Assembly (NCBI GenBank): GCA_050953065.1
Contig: JBMNLZ010000001.1
Location: 272,826 to 336,825, forward strand
Reading direction: 5' to 3'
Source: Bacilli bacterium
GTDB lineage: Bacteria > Bacillota_I > Bacilli_A > ML615J-28 > CAG-698
DNA length: 64,000 bases
Both the position numbers and the translations under genes were made by a program. Each line of letters opens with the position of its first letter. The first letter of the stretch is position 1. Below are positions 17,501 to 28,346 of this stretch, in pieces. The notes below the pieces were generated by a model, which saw only the letters and a list, made by a program, of their open reading frames with translations, did not search any database and was not told the origin of the DNA.

Positions 17501-20202
17501 ATTTTTTCCTCAATTTCTTTCTTAACTTCTTCTAATGCCTGTTTTACCATATTAACATTTTTACCACCTGCTTGAGCAAAATCAGGACGTCCACCACCAT
17601 TGCCACCACAAATAATAGCAGCTTTTTTAACAAGTAATCCTGCATTTAAAGAAGAAACTTTATTTTTGCAAATAAATATAACTTTGTCTTCTACTATACT
17701 TCCAACAAAAACAACACTTTCTTTTAAATAATCACTTAATCTATCCACTAAATCTTTTAATACTTCAATATTAACATCTTTTACATCAAAAATACATACT
17801 TTTTTATTATTTATTTCTTCTACATATTCTAAATACTTATCAATTGACTCACTATTTTTTTCTTGTAGTGCTTTTTGATATTTTTTTGAAATCTCTTTAC
17901 TCTCATCTCGTAAAGCATTCAGATAATTTCTCATAGCAATTATTCTACTATAGCTTTGTTCATCACTTTTTACTTTAGATAAATCAAATTTTAATTCAAT
18001 ACCATTTAATTTTGCTTCTTCAACTAAATTTTCACCTTTTTTAAGTAAATCTTCAATTTCACTATTAATATTATAAAGTCTTTCATTCAACTCTTTTTCT
18101 ATTTGGCTACTAGTAGCTGCTTCAATTCTAAATATCCCAGATCCCTTAGCTTCAATTGAAGTAATTGCAAATCTTTCTATTTCTTTAGTATTTGAAACAT
18201 GAGTCCCGCCACATAATTCTTTACTAAATACAGTATCAACTACTCTTACAATGTCACCATACTTTTCACCAAAAACTGCTTGAACACCTTCTTTTTTCGC
18301 TGCTTCTAAAGACATTTCTTTTACTAAAACATCACTTGATTTTAAAATTTCTTTATTAACAAGTTTTTCAACTTCAAGAATTTGATTTTCATTTGGTAAT
18401 TCAAAATTATTAAAATCAAATCTTAGATTACTAGCATTAACATTTGAACCATGTTGATAAACATGTGTACCTATAATTTGTCTTAATGATTCATTTAATA
18501 AGTGGGTAGCAGTATGATTTTTAGCTATTTTTTCTCGATATTTTTTATCTATTTTTAAAATAACTTGCTGTCCAACAGTTAATACTCCATCATTAATTTC
18601 AACTAAAGATGCATGTTGCATATTAGGTAATTTTATAGTATCAGTTACTTCATATGTATTAGTATTTGAAATTACTAGTCCTTTATCGCCAACTTGCCCA
18701 CCTGATTCTGCATAAAAAACTGTTGGTGAAAATAATACCAAAGCACTTTCATCTGCTTTACTAACTGATTTTCCATTTACAAAAATAGCAACTACCTTAG
18801 ATTCACATTCAAAATTATCATAACCAATAAATTCTGTTTCTTTATGAAAATTCAAAATTTCTTCATTTTGGACATTCATTGATTGATTATCACTTCTAGC
18901 CATTCTAGCTCTTTCTTTTTGTTTCTCTAATTCTTCTTTGAATCCTTTCAAATCGACTTCAAAATTATATTCACTAGCTAACTCTACAGTTAATTCAATT
19001 GGAAAACCAAATGTATCATATAGTAAAAACGCTGTTTCTTTAGCAATAACTTTATTTTTATCTTTTGAATGATTATTTATATATTCCAATAGTTTTTTTT
19101 CACCTAACTCAAGCGTTAATAAAAACTTTTCTTCTTCTTGTTTAATTATTTTTGTTACATTTTCTTCGTTCAAAGCTAAATCACTATAAAAAACTTTCAT
19201 ATTTTCAACTACAACATTAACAAGTTCATATAAAAAAGCTTTTTTAATTCCTAAATTTTTTCCAAATCTAACCGCTCTTCTTAACAATCTTCTTAAAACA
19301 TATCCACGGCCTTCATTAGAAAGAGTCGCCCCATCACTAACTGCAAAAACTACACTTCTAACATGATCAGCTATAACCTTAAAAGCCATTTGACCTGTAT
19401 ATTTAACTGAAGAAATTTCTTCAGTTTTTCTAATTATTGGCATAAATAAATCTGTATCATAATTAGTTTCTACTTCTTGTAAGACGCAAGCCATTCTTTC
19501 AAGCCCCATACCTGTATCAATATTTTTACTAGGTAATTCAGGATATTCACTTCTTTCTTTTCCAGGAATAGAATTGTATTGACTAAATACTATATTCCAT
19601 ATTTCAATATATCTTTCATTTTCTATATCTTTTTCAATTAACTCTTTACCTAGTTTTTCAGGATCATATTTTTCACCACGATCATAAAAAATTTCCGTAC
19701 AAGGTCCACAAGGTCCTTCTCCAATTTCCCAAAAATTTTGACTTAATCTAATAATATGATTTGGAGAAACTCCTAATTCAACCCATCTTTCAAAAGAGGC
19801 ATCATCTGTTGGATATATTGTAAAATACAATTTATTTATATCAAAAGCAAAATATTTAGAAGATGTTAGAATTTCAATAGCAAATTCTAATGCTTCTTCT
19901 CTAAAATAATCTCCAACTGAAAAATTACCAAGCATCTCAAAAAAAGTATGATGCCTAGCCGTTTTTCCAACATTTTCAATATCATTGGTTCTAATTGATT
20001 TTTGGGCATTAACCATTCTTCTATTATTTGGAATTTCACGTCCATCAAAAAACTTTTTTAAGGGTGCAACTCCAGCATTAATCCATAATAAAGTGGGATC
20101 ATTATGTGGAACTAAAGAAGCACTTGGTATTACTTCATGATTTTTACTGGCAAAAAAATCTAACCACATTTGTCTAATTTCATAACTCATTAATTTTTTC
20201 AT
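17497..20202 (-). CDS. alaS: Alanine--tRNA ligase
   Basis: ~900 aa with class-II AlaS blocks and the C-terminal GGGRPDFAQAGG. I chose the second ATG (20202). The first ATG (20214) lies inside the GGAGG RBS in ATGGAGGAAAACATG. Confidence 0.95.
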   Translation of the reverse strand: MKKLMSYEIRQMWLDFFASKNHEVIPSASLVPHNDPTLLWINAGVAPLKKFFDGREIPNNRRMVNAQKSIRTNDIENVGKTARHHTFFEMLGNFSVGDYFREEALEFAIEILTSSKYFAFDINKLYFTIYPTDDASFERWVELGVSPNHIIRLSQNFWEIGEGPCGPCTEIFYDRGEKYDPEKLGKELIEKDIENERYIEIWNIVFSQYNSIPGKERSEYPELPSKNIDTGMGLERMACVLQEVETNYDTDLFMPIIRKTEEISSVKYTGQMAFKVIADHVRSVVFAVSDGATLSNEGRGYVLRRLLRRAVRFGKNLGIKKAFLYELVNVVVENMKVFYSDLALNEENVTKIIKQEEEKFLLTLELGEKKLLEYINNHSKDKNKVIAKETAFLLYDTFGFPIELTVELASEYNFEVDLKGFKEELEKQKERARMARSDNQSMNVQNEEILNFHKETEFIGYDNFECESKVVAIFVNGKSVSKADESALVLFSPTVFYAESGGQVGDKGLVISNTNTYEVTDTIKLPNMQHASLVEINDGVLTVGQQVILKIDKKYREKIAKNHTATHLLNESLRQIIGTHVYQHGSNVNASNLRFDFNNFELPNENQILEVEKLVNKEILKSSDVLVKEMSLEAAKKEGVQAVFGEKYGDIVRVVDTVFSKELCGGTHVSNTKEIERFAITSIEAKGSGIFRIEAATSSQIEKELNERLYNINSEIEDLLKKGENLVEEAKLNGIELKFDLSKVKSDEQSYSRIIAMRNYLNALRDESKEISKKYQKALQEKNSESIDKYLEYVEEINNKKVCIFDVKDVNIEVLKDLVDRLSDYLKESVVFVGSIVEDKVIFICKNKVSSLNAGLLVKKAAIICGGNGGGRPDFAQAGGKNVNMVKQALEEVKKEIEEKI

Positions 20203-20214
20203 GTTTTCCTCCAT

Positions 20215-20425
20215 TTAAAAAATTCCTATATTAAAAAATATAGGAACGAAATTCTCGCGGTACCATCCTATTTCATAGTAAACTATGCAACTCAATTAAA
20301 TTTAACGCATTTTTACGTGAATTTTTTAAAAATTCATACTCCAAAGTAGCTTTCAATGTTATTGTTTAAGATTTTTCACCAACCAATCTCTCTCTTTTAA
20401 AAACAAATTAACATTTACTCATCTT
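20215..20425 (-). promoter_or_regulatory. T-box riboswitch leader for alaS (Ala specifier)
   Basis: The minus-strand RNA carries the conserved T-box core GGATGGTACCGCG (complement of 20256..20268). A terminator hairpin at 20223..20246 is followed by a U run, then the RBS. The putative specifier region has AAAGCUACU with GCU (Ala), and an AGAGA box lies upstream. Confidence 0.75.
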
Positions 20426-20438
20426 TATCACAGTATTA

Positions 20439-22103
20439 TTAAATTATATTTAAAACCGGAATTACTATCGGTTTCTTTTTAAGTCCCGAATATATTTCTT
20501 TTGATATATCATCAGCTAATAAATTAGTTAATGATTTAATATCAATTCTTGCTTTACGCAAATATGTTTTAATTCTTTTTTCAATAATTAAAGATATACG
20601 TGTAAATATAGTTTCAGTATCAGTTGTAATACCTCTTGAAACAATTTTTGGTTTAGATATTAATTCTCTACTCAAATCATCAACTACAATCGTAACTATA
20701 ATAACTCCATTTTGAGATAATAATTCTCTATCTCTAATAACAACTTCATTTATATCGCCAATTATAGAACCATCAATAAGTACATCACCAACTGAAATTT
20801 GTTGTTTTGTAGGTTGTAAATTTCCATTTTGGAAAGTTATTAATTCACCATTTTCTAAAATTAATACTTTATTTTCATTGTATCCAACTTCTAAAGCTAT
20901 ATTTTTTTGAACATATTGATGACGAAATTCTCCTACAATCGGAATTATATATTTCGGATTAAGCATACCATATAACAATTTTAAATCTTCACTATCAGCA
21001 TGAGAACTTTTTAGCATTTGTTTTTTAATGATTGTTACATGTTTACTTTTTTGGCTCAATAAATCAACAGCTTTACTCGCTAATTTTTCAGTTCCAGGAA
21101 CTACTTTGTTCATTATAACAACAGTATCTTCTTGATTAATTTTAATTAGTCTATCATATCCTTTACACATTCTTTGAAGCATATAAAAAGGTTCATGTCT
21201 AATCCCTGTTACTATAACTACCAAATCATCAAAATCATTTTGATTTTTATCAGTAATATATTTTAAATTGATTAATTTATCTTCTGGAATTTTTAAATAA
21301 TCGTTATTCATTGCTATATTAATATGTTTTTGAACTTTTCTACCTATAATGGCAACTCTACGATTATTTTTAACACTAATATCAATTATCTTTTGAATTC
21401 TATCCAAATCACTAGAAAAGGCTGAAAAAATCACCCTTTTTGATTTTTTTAAGATTTCAGAAACTGTATGCAGTAATGGATAATCATTATGAACTCTATC
21501 AATATTATTAACACCTAAACTACCAGCACACAAAACTAAAACATCATCGTTTGCTATCTCAGTTATTTTATGCATAGAAGTTCTATATCTTTTATCTTGG
21601 TGTGCATCAAAGTTAAAATTAGGCACATAAACTAATGATCCATCTTGCGTTTTAATGTTAATACCAACACATTCAGGAATACTATGACTAACATTAAAAA
21701 ATGAAACTATAATAGAACCAAATTTTAATTCTTTATCTTCATTAATCCTATATAATCTAAATTTTGAAATATCCATTTGGGCTTCAGTTAACAAATCCTC
21801 TAATACACACATTGTAAAATGTGTAGCAAATACTCCAACATCTAGAGTCTTTAAAAGTTCAGGAATTGCTCCAACATGATCATCATGTCCATGAGTTAAA
21901 AAAATTCCTTGAACTCTTTCTTTGTTTTCAATTAAATAGGTAATATTTGGTATAACAGCATCTATGCCTAATAATTCTACACTCGGATACTTTAAGCCGC
22001 CATCTAAAACAAATATCTTATCATCAATTTCAACAAGATACATATTTTTGCCGTTTTCTCCTAGTCCTCCTAAAGCTCCAAATTTAATACTACTCATATA
22101 CAA
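20439..22103 (-). CDS. rnj: Ribonuclease J
   Basis: IKFGALGGLGENGKNMY..HGHDDH metallo-beta-lactamase/beta-CASP blocks; 554 aa. Confidence 0.9.
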   Translation of the reverse strand: MYMSSIKFGALGGLGENGKNMYLVEIDDKIFVLDGGLKYPSVELLGIDAVIPNITYLIENKERVQGIFLTHGHDDHVGAIPELLKTLDVGVFATHFTMCVLEDLLTEAQMDISKFRLYRINEDKELKFGSIIVSFFNVSHSIPECVGINIKTQDGSLVYVPNFNFDAHQDKRYRTSMHKITEIANDDVLVLCAGSLGVNNIDRVHNDYPLLHTVSEILKKSKRVIFSAFSSDLDRIQKIIDISVKNNRRVAIIGRKVQKHINIAMNNDYLKIPEDKLINLKYITDKNQNDFDDLVVIVTGIRHEPFYMLQRMCKGYDRLIKINQEDTVVIMNKVVPGTEKLASKAVDLLSQKSKHVTIIKKQMLKSSHADSEDLKLLYGMLNPKYIIPIVGEFRHQYVQKNIALEVGYNENKVLILENGELITFQNGNLQPTKQQISVGDVLIDGSIIGDINEVVIRDRELLSQNGVIIVTIVVDDLSRELISKPKIVSRGITTDTETIFTRISLIIEKRIKTYLRKARIDIKSLTNLLADDISKEIYSGLKKKPIVIPVLNII

Positions 22104-22148
22104 ACCACCTTGTCTATTATACCATATTATTTATTCTTAACAACTAAT

Positions 22149-22865
22149 TTATTCCTCATCTTCTACATTATGATAGACATTTTGAACATCTTCTGATTCT
22201 TCAAGCATTTCAATTAATCTATCAAATTTTTCACGATTCTCTTCATCTAATTTTACATAAGTACTAGGTAGTTTTGTTATTTCACAAGTAAGGAAATCCT
22301 CAACACCTAAATCTTGAAAAACTTTTTGCACATTATTAAAATCTTTTGGATCTGCATAAACAAAAACACCTTCATCAGTGGTTTCAATATCTTGAACATC
22401 ACAGTCATTTTCTAACAAAGCATCTAAAACTTGCTCTTCTTCTAAGTTTTCAGCTCCTATAATTGCAACAGTATCAAACATATATGAGACACAACCGTTG
22501 ACACCAAGTGAACCTCCGTTTTTAGTAAAAGCTGCTCTAACCTCGCTTGCAGTTCTATTTAAATTATTTGTTAAGCATTCTACCATAACTGCTGAACCTT
22601 GCACTCCATACCCCTCATATGTAATTTCACTATATTCTTCGCCTTTTCCACCTTTAGCTTTTTCAATTGCTCTATCTATAATTTCTTTAGGTACTTTATA
22701 AGTTTTAGATTTATCAATTATCATTTGTAAGTTTCTATTAATACTTGGATCTGGTTCTGGCTTCGCAGCAACATATATTTCAAGACCAAATTTAGCTAGT
22801 ATTTTACTTCTATTTGCATCTTTTGCAGCCTTTTGATATTTTATATTATTCCATTTTCTTCCCAT
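22149..22865 (-). CDS. yebC: YebC/PmpR-family probable transcriptional regulator
   Basis: MGRKWNNIKYQKAAKDANRSK YebC N-terminus. ATG at 22865 after a GAGGT RBS; the ORF track starts at an upstream GTG (22877). Confidence 0.85.
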   Translation of the reverse strand: MGRKWNNIKYQKAAKDANRSKILAKFGLEIYVAAKPEPDPSINRNLQMIIDKSKTYKVPKEIIDRAIEKAKGGKGEEYSEITYEGYGVQGSAVMVECLTNNLNRTASEVRAAFTKNGGSLGVNGCVSYMFDTVAIIGAENLEEEQVLDALLENDCDVQDIETTDEGVFVYADPKDFNNVQKVFQDLGVEDFLTCEITKLPSTYVKLDEENREKFDRLIEMLEESEDVQNVYHNVEDEE

Positions 22866-22880
22866 ATGTAACCTCACATT

Positions 22881-24032
22881 TTAATTATTTTTAAAAAGTT
22901 TTTTTAATTCTTCTACTTTATCTAATTTTTCCCATGACACATCTAAATCTATTCTTCCCATATGCCCATATGCAGCCAATTTCTTATAAATTGGTTTTCT
23001 TAAATTTAGATATTCAATAATGCCTTTTGGAGTTAATGGAAAAACTTTCTTTACTACTTTTATAATTTCATCTTCAGAAATTTTAGAAGTACCATAAGTA
23101 TTTAAATAAATTGAAGTTGGTTCACTGACTCCTATTACATAACTTAAACCTATTTCAGCTTTTTTGCAAATTCCTGTTGCTACAATATTTTTTGCAATAT
23201 ATCTAGCCATATAGGCAGCACTTCTATCTACTTTTGAAGGATCTTTTCCAGAAAAAGCTCCGCCTCCATGATGAGCAAATCCACCATAAGTATCAACAAT
23301 TATTTTTCTACCAGTTAATCCTGAATCAGCCTTTGGTCCACCCAAAACAAATCTACCTGTTTCATTAATAAACATTTTTGTTTTTGTATCAACTAGATTT
23401 TTTGGTAAAACTTTATCAATAACTTCTTTTTTTACAAAACTTTTTAGCTCTTCATTACTTACATCTGCACTATGTTGTGTAGAAACAACAACATTATCAA
23501 TTCTAATTGCCTCTTTCTTTTCATTATATTCAACAGTAACTTGCGATTTACCATCTGGTCTTAAAAAATCAACAAGTTTCTCTTTTCTAACTTGAGCAAG
23601 TCTTTTTGCTAGTTTATGTGATAAAACTAGTGGTAAAGGCATATATTCTTCTGTTTCATTAGTAGCATATCCAAACATTAACCCTTGATCTCCAGCACCT
23701 TGGTCATCTTTAACTCCCATTGCGATATCAGGTGATTGCTCATCAATGCTAACTAAAACAGCTAAATCGTCCCCATTAAATCCAAACTCTGGATTATCAT
23801 ATCCGATTTCTTTAACTGTATCTCTTACAATTTTTTGAATATCTACATAAGTTGAAGTAGTAATTTCCCCCATTACTAAAACTAAACCTGTAGTAGCACA
23901 AACCTCGCATGCCACATGTGCATTAGGATCTTGTTCAATAATATAATCTAAAATGCTATCAGCAATTTGGTCACACACCTTATCAGGATGACCTTCAGTA
24001 ACAGATTCAGAAGTATATAATTTATTACTCAT
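22881..24032 (-). CDS. metK: S-adenosylmethionine synthase
   Basis: [19 protein letters not shown] and [16 protein letters not shown] signatures; 383 aa. Confidence 0.95.
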   Translation of the reverse strand: MSNKLYTSESVTEGHPDKVCDQIADSILDYIIEQDPNAHVACEVCATTGLVLVMGEITTSTYVDIQKIVRDTVKEIGYDNPEFGFNGDDLAVLVSIDEQSPDIAMGVKDDQGAGDQGLMFGYATNETEEYMPLPLVLSHKLAKRLAQVRKEKLVDFLRPDGKSQVTVEYNEKKEAIRIDNVVVSTQHSADVSNEELKSFVKKEVIDKVLPKNLVDTKTKMFINETGRFVLGGPKADSGLTGRKIIVDTYGGFAHHGGGAFSGKDPSKVDRSAAYMARYIAKNIVATGICKKAEIGLSYVIGVSEPTSIYLNTYGTSKISEDEIIKVVKKVFPLTPKGIIEYLNLRKPIYKKLAAYGHMGRIDLDVSWEKLDKVEELKKLFKNN

Positions 24033-24034
24033 AT

Positions 24035-25603
24035 CTATCTCCTCTTTCTTGTTTTAGCTTCTTCAATAGTTACAAACCTTCCCTTATAAGGGGTTGTAGA
24101 AAAACCACGTAAAACTTTATCAGCATTATCTGATGGTGTATCAAAAAAACTAAAATTATCTTGTAAACAAACATCATTTATTTCATTTTTAGGTAATTTA
24201 GTTACTTTAGAAATATATTCTATTAAATCTTTTTTACTAAATCTATCCTTTTTCCCTAAACCAAGAAAAAATCTTGTACTTTTATTTAAAGATGATTTAG
24301 AAGTTTTTTCAACTTCTTCTTCAACATCAGTTAATTGCATTAAAATTAAACCTTTTATTAATTCAAAAACATTATCTGGTTCAATTTGATTAATTATTTT
24401 TTCTACATAAAGGGAATTCTTATTATATGTATTTTTTTCTAAAGCTTTTTCAATTAATTTATTTACCCTAACATTAATTACACTCTCAATGCTTGGAACT
24501 TCCATTTTTTGTATTTCAGTTTTTGAAAAGGCTAAAATACTTTTCATTAAATACTTTTCATCTCTTTTAACCAACATAATAGCAAGGCCTGACTTTTTAG
24601 CTCTTCCAGTTCTTCCTATTCTATGTACATAATATTCTGGATCAGTTGGTACATCATAATTAAATACAACATCTACATCATCAATATCTAAACCTCTTGC
24701 AGCTACATCAGATGCTACCAAAATATTAACAAGTCCTTTTCTAAAGCGATGCATAACTCTATCTCTTTGCATCTGTTTCATATCACCATGCAAAGAATCT
24801 ACTAGGTACCCTCTAAATTGCAATTTAGATGATACTTCATCTACATCTTTTTTTGTATTACAAAAAACCATAACTAACTTATAATCATTAATATCAATAA
24901 TTCTTGAAATTACTTCTATTTTATCTTTTTCACTGACTTCTATATACCTTTGTTTAATTGTTGGAACAGTTAAATCAGATTTACTAATTCTAATAGAAAA
25001 AGGATTTTTTAAAATTGTTTTTGCAATATTTTCTATTTCTTTAGAAATTGTAGCAGAAAAAAGCATTTTTTGTTCTACATTATGCATTTCTTCAAAAATC
25101 AATTCTAAATCTTCTTTAAATCCCATATTTAACATTTCATCAGCTTCATCTAAAACAAGAATTTTAACCTTACCAAGTTTAATTGTTCTTCTTCTTAAAT
25201 GATCTAACAGTCTACCAGGAGTAGCAACAATTATCCTTGGTTTTTTCTTTAGATTTTTTATTTGTATATCAATAAGTTCGCCACCATAAATTGCTAGTGC
25301 AGTATATGTTTTAAAGAAAAGCGCTATTTCGTTTATTTCTCCTGCAACTTGCACTGCTAATTCCCTTGTTGGAACCAAAACAATACTTTGAATATCATAA
25401 TTATCAAAATCTATTTTTTGTAAAATAGGAATTGCAAAAGCACATGTTTTCCCAGTTCCTGTTGGTGATTGGATAATTAAATCTCTATTATTAATAGCTA
25501 AAGGAATAACTTCTTCTTGAACTTCAGTCATTTCAAGAAAACCTTTCTTTTCTATTCCTTTTAAAATTTCAGTTTTTATTGTTAAATTATTAAATATTTC
25601 CAT
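24035..25603 (-). CDS. DEAD-box ATP-dependent RNA helicase (CshA-like)
   Basis: Q motif, PTRELA, DEAD (VLDEADEM), SAT and HRIGRTGR motifs; 522 aa. Confidence 0.9.
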   Translation of the reverse strand: MEIFNNLTIKTEILKGIEKKGFLEMTEVQEEVIPLAINNRDLIIQSPTGTGKTCAFAIPILQKIDFDNYDIQSIVLVPTRELAVQVAGEINEIALFFKTYTALAIYGGELIDIQIKNLKKKPRIIVATPGRLLDHLRRRTIKLGKVKILVLDEADEMLNMGFKEDLELIFEEMHNVEQKMLFSATISKEIENIAKTILKNPFSIRISKSDLTVPTIKQRYIEVSEKDKIEVISRIIDINDYKLVMVFCNTKKDVDEVSSKLQFRGYLVDSLHGDMKQMQRDRVMHRFRKGLVNILVASDVAARGLDIDDVDVVFNYDVPTDPEYYVHRIGRTGRAKKSGLAIMLVKRDEKYLMKSILAFSKTEIQKMEVPSIESVINVRVNKLIEKALEKNTYNKNSLYVEKIINQIEPDNVFELIKGLILMQLTDVEEEVEKTSKSSLNKSTRFFLGLGKKDRFSKKDLIEYISKVTKLPKNEINDVCLQDNFSFFDTPSDNADKVLRGFSTTPYKGRFVTIEEAKTRKRR

Positions 25604-25623
25604 TTTGTCTCATTTCTATTTTT

Positions 25624-26964
25624 TTATTTTCCAGATACTTGCAAAGATTTAAACTTTATTGAAGGGGCACCAAAACTATTGTAAGAAAACTTTAAATCAT
25701 TGGCTACATCTAAGTCATTTTTTATTATCTTGAAAAAATTACCTGAGACAACAATCAAATTCACTGGTTTTTTTATTTCTCCATCAACAATATGAAAACC
25801 AGAAGACTGCAAACTAAAATCTCCTGAAACACAGTTAACACCAGCATGTAAACCAGCTATTTTTGTAATCAGTAAACCATTTTTTGTTTCTTTGATTATT
25901 TGATCTAAACTTTTTTCTCCAGGTCCAATAAACAAATTATAATTTCCAATACCAATACCACTACCTTTTTTAACACCATTTCCAGTAGATTTAGTCTTAA
26001 AATACTTAGCTGACTTTAAATTATGTAACAATGTCAATAATTTACCATTCTCAATAATGCTTTTTTTATAAGTAGCTACTCCTTCATCATCAAATGAATC
26101 ATTGAATATTGCATTTTTATGAAAAGGGTCTTCAATTATATTAACCTTTTCATTTGCAATAACTTGGCCTATTTTATCACTTAGTTGAGTCGCTTTTTCC
26201 ATAGCTTCTTCTCCAGAAAAAACAGGAGAAAAAGCTGCAAGCAAATCAATCATTGTTTTGTTTTCAAAAATTACATCATAATCGTTAGAATCAACAGGTA
26301 ACGCACTTAACATCGCAACTGCTCTATCTACAACATTCTTGCTTAATTTTTCAATATCAAACTTTGAAAAATCTTTTTGAACATCAATATCAAAATAACT
26401 TTGCGTTTGCTTATCTTCCTTTGCCACCACTTGTACAGCTAGGCCAGCAAATTCATATTTTTTGTTTAAATTTAAGCCTTTAGAATTAACAATTGAAATT
26501 TCCACTTGAGCCTCATCATAACTACAATGTGGTATATGTATTATTCTTTCATCTAATTTTTTTATTTTTTTTTCTAAAGCTAATAAAATATTAATTTTTT
26601 CTTCAGTAGAAATGTTATCAAAAACACCATAACTATCTATAACTTTATTGTATTCACTACTTCCTTCAAATATTTCTGATTCTTTTTTAGTTGTTAAAGA
26701 TGAAGCATTATCTTTTAATTGCTTAATGATTTGTTTAGGCGATTGATTCATTTTTTCGCAATTTAAATATGCCATTTTACCATTAAATATACCTCTAATT
26801 GTATAATTAGATAAATTGCTTACTTCATTTTTTTCTACTTCTTCTTGGAAAACAAGAATATTCATTTTTTTAGATATGGAAGAATATATTTCTAAATCAC
26901 TAAAACCTTGTTTTAGTCCTTCTTTTATTAATTTATCATATTTCATTTTAACTACCTCTGCCAC
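25624..26964 (-). CDS. TldD/PmbA-family metalloprotease subunit (PmbA/TldE-like)
   Basis: 446 aa, PmbA_TldD fold blocks, no HExxxH. Overlaps the upstream tldD-like gene by 17 bp. Confidence 0.75.
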   Translation of the reverse strand: MAEVVKMKYDKLIKEGLKQGFSDLEIYSSISKKMNILVFQEEVEKNEVSNLSNYTIRGIFNGKMAYLNCEKMNQSPKQIIKQLKDNASSLTTKKESEIFEGSSEYNKVIDSYGVFDNISTEEKINILLALEKKIKKLDERIIHIPHCSYDEAQVEISIVNSKGLNLNKKYEFAGLAVQVVAKEDKQTQSYFDIDVQKDFSKFDIEKLSKNVVDRAVAMLSALPVDSNDYDVIFENKTMIDLLAAFSPVFSGEEAMEKATQLSDKIGQVIANEKVNIIEDPFHKNAIFNDSFDDEGVATYKKSIIENGKLLTLLHNLKSAKYFKTKSTGNGVKKGSGIGIGNYNLFIGPGEKSLDQIIKETKNGLLITKIAGLHAGVNCVSGDFSLQSSGFHIVDGEIKKPVNLIVVSGNFFKIIKNDLDVANDLKFSYNSFGAPSIKFKSLQVSGK

Positions 26965-28333
26965 CTACTGTCATATCTCTAACACGAATAGTAGGCTGGC
27001 CAACACAAACTGGTATATTCCCACTACTTGCACCACAAATTCCATACCCAAATTCTAAGTTATCAGCAATCATATCAATGTTAAGTAACACACTTTTTCC
27101 ACTTCCGACTAAAGTTGCTCCTCTTACAGGTTTTGTTATTTTACCATTTTCAATAATATAACCTTCACTAACGCTAAAGTTAAACTCTCCAGTTGAAGGA
27201 TCTACACTACCGCCTCCCATAGTTTTCGCAAAAAAGCCATTTTTTGTTTTTGATATTATTTCTTCAAATGTATTTTTTCCAGGCATAAAAAATGTATTAG
27301 TCATTCTTGCAGTTGGCAAATATTTATATGAAGCACGTCTTCCAGACCCAGTAATTTGATGATTCATTTTAGCACTATTTTTATAATCTACTAAATAGCT
27401 TTTTAAAATTCCGTTTTCAATTAAAACAGTTCTTTTAGCTTTAGCACCCTCATCATCAATATTATTAGAACCCCATTGGTTAACTATAGTCCCATCATCA
27501 ACTGCAGTAACAATATCGCTAGCTATTTTTTCACCTATCATATTGGAAAAAACAGAAGCATTTTTTGAAACAAGTTCTGCTTCTAAAGAATGAACACAAG
27601 CTTCGTGCAATAAAACGCCTCCAAAAGCATTATGAATAACAACATCCATCACTCCACCTTTAATTTCATCTGCATGTAGAATTGTTATTACACTTTCAGC
27701 GACTTTTCTACCTAAGGCTTCCAAATCCTCATTTTTAAATATTTCATACCCACATGCTCCTGCAATAGAATCACCAGCAATTTGCATCGTTTCTTCATTA
27801 GAAGCAATAGCTGTACAAAAAATTCTTGCTAAAACTCTTTCATCTTTAATATATTTTCCGTTTGTATTAGCAATCGTAACACCTTGAACTTTATCAAAAA
27901 GTTTAATAGAAACTTTTGAAATTTCTTCACTGTAATTTTTACAAGCATCATGTGTTTGTTGCATATAAGATATTTTTTTAGAAATATCTATTTTATCAGG
28001 AAACATTATTGTTTTATGAATATTTTCATTTTTTTCTAAAACCAATTTTACTTTTTCAATATTTTCCTTTTTTTCTAAACTTGTTGTTATTTTTTCAATA
28101 AGGTTAACTAAATTATTATAAGATATATCATTAGTATATCCATAATATTCACTTTCCCCTTTAATTACTCTAATGCCTACACCATAAACATAACTAGTGA
28201 CAATGTTTTCGACTTCTCCACAAATAAATTCATAGTTGTTAGATTTAGTATCTTCTAAAAAAAATTCAGCAAAATCGCAGCCTTTTTTTATACATAAATT
28301 TAGAAGTTTATTCAATTTTGCTTTTGAAATCAT
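26948..28333 (-). CDS. tldD: TldD-like metalloprotease subunit
   Basis: 461 aa; HEACVH (HExxxH) zinc motif present. Confidence 0.8.
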   Translation of the reverse strand: MISKAKLNKLLNLCIKKGCDFAEFFLEDTKSNNYEFICGEVENIVTSYVYGVGIRVIKGESEYYGYTNDISYNNLVNLIEKITTSLEKKENIEKVKLVLEKNENIHKTIMFPDKIDISKKISYMQQTHDACKNYSEEISKVSIKLFDKVQGVTIANTNGKYIKDERVLARIFCTAIASNEETMQIAGDSIAGACGYEIFKNEDLEALGRKVAESVITILHADEIKGGVMDVVIHNAFGGVLLHEACVHSLEAELVSKNASVFSNMIGEKIASDIVTAVDDGTIVNQWGSNNIDDEGAKAKRTVLIENGILKSYLVDYKNSAKMNHQITGSGRRASYKYLPTARMTNTFFMPGKNTFEEIISKTKNGFFAKTMGGGSVDPSTGEFNFSVSEGYIIENGKITKPVRGATLVGSGKSVLLNIDMIADNLEFGYGICGASSGNIPVCVGQPTIRVRDMTVGGRGS

Positions 28334-28346
28334 AAATTGCCTCCAA

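Noticed and set aside
22881-24035. Looked for a SAM (S-box) riboswitch upstream of metK and T-box leaders upstream of gltX and ileS
   Set aside because: metK starts 3 bp after the helicase gene stop, gltX 13 bp after the tldD start region, and ileS 10 bp after yggT. No leader is possible, so these genes are read through from upstream.
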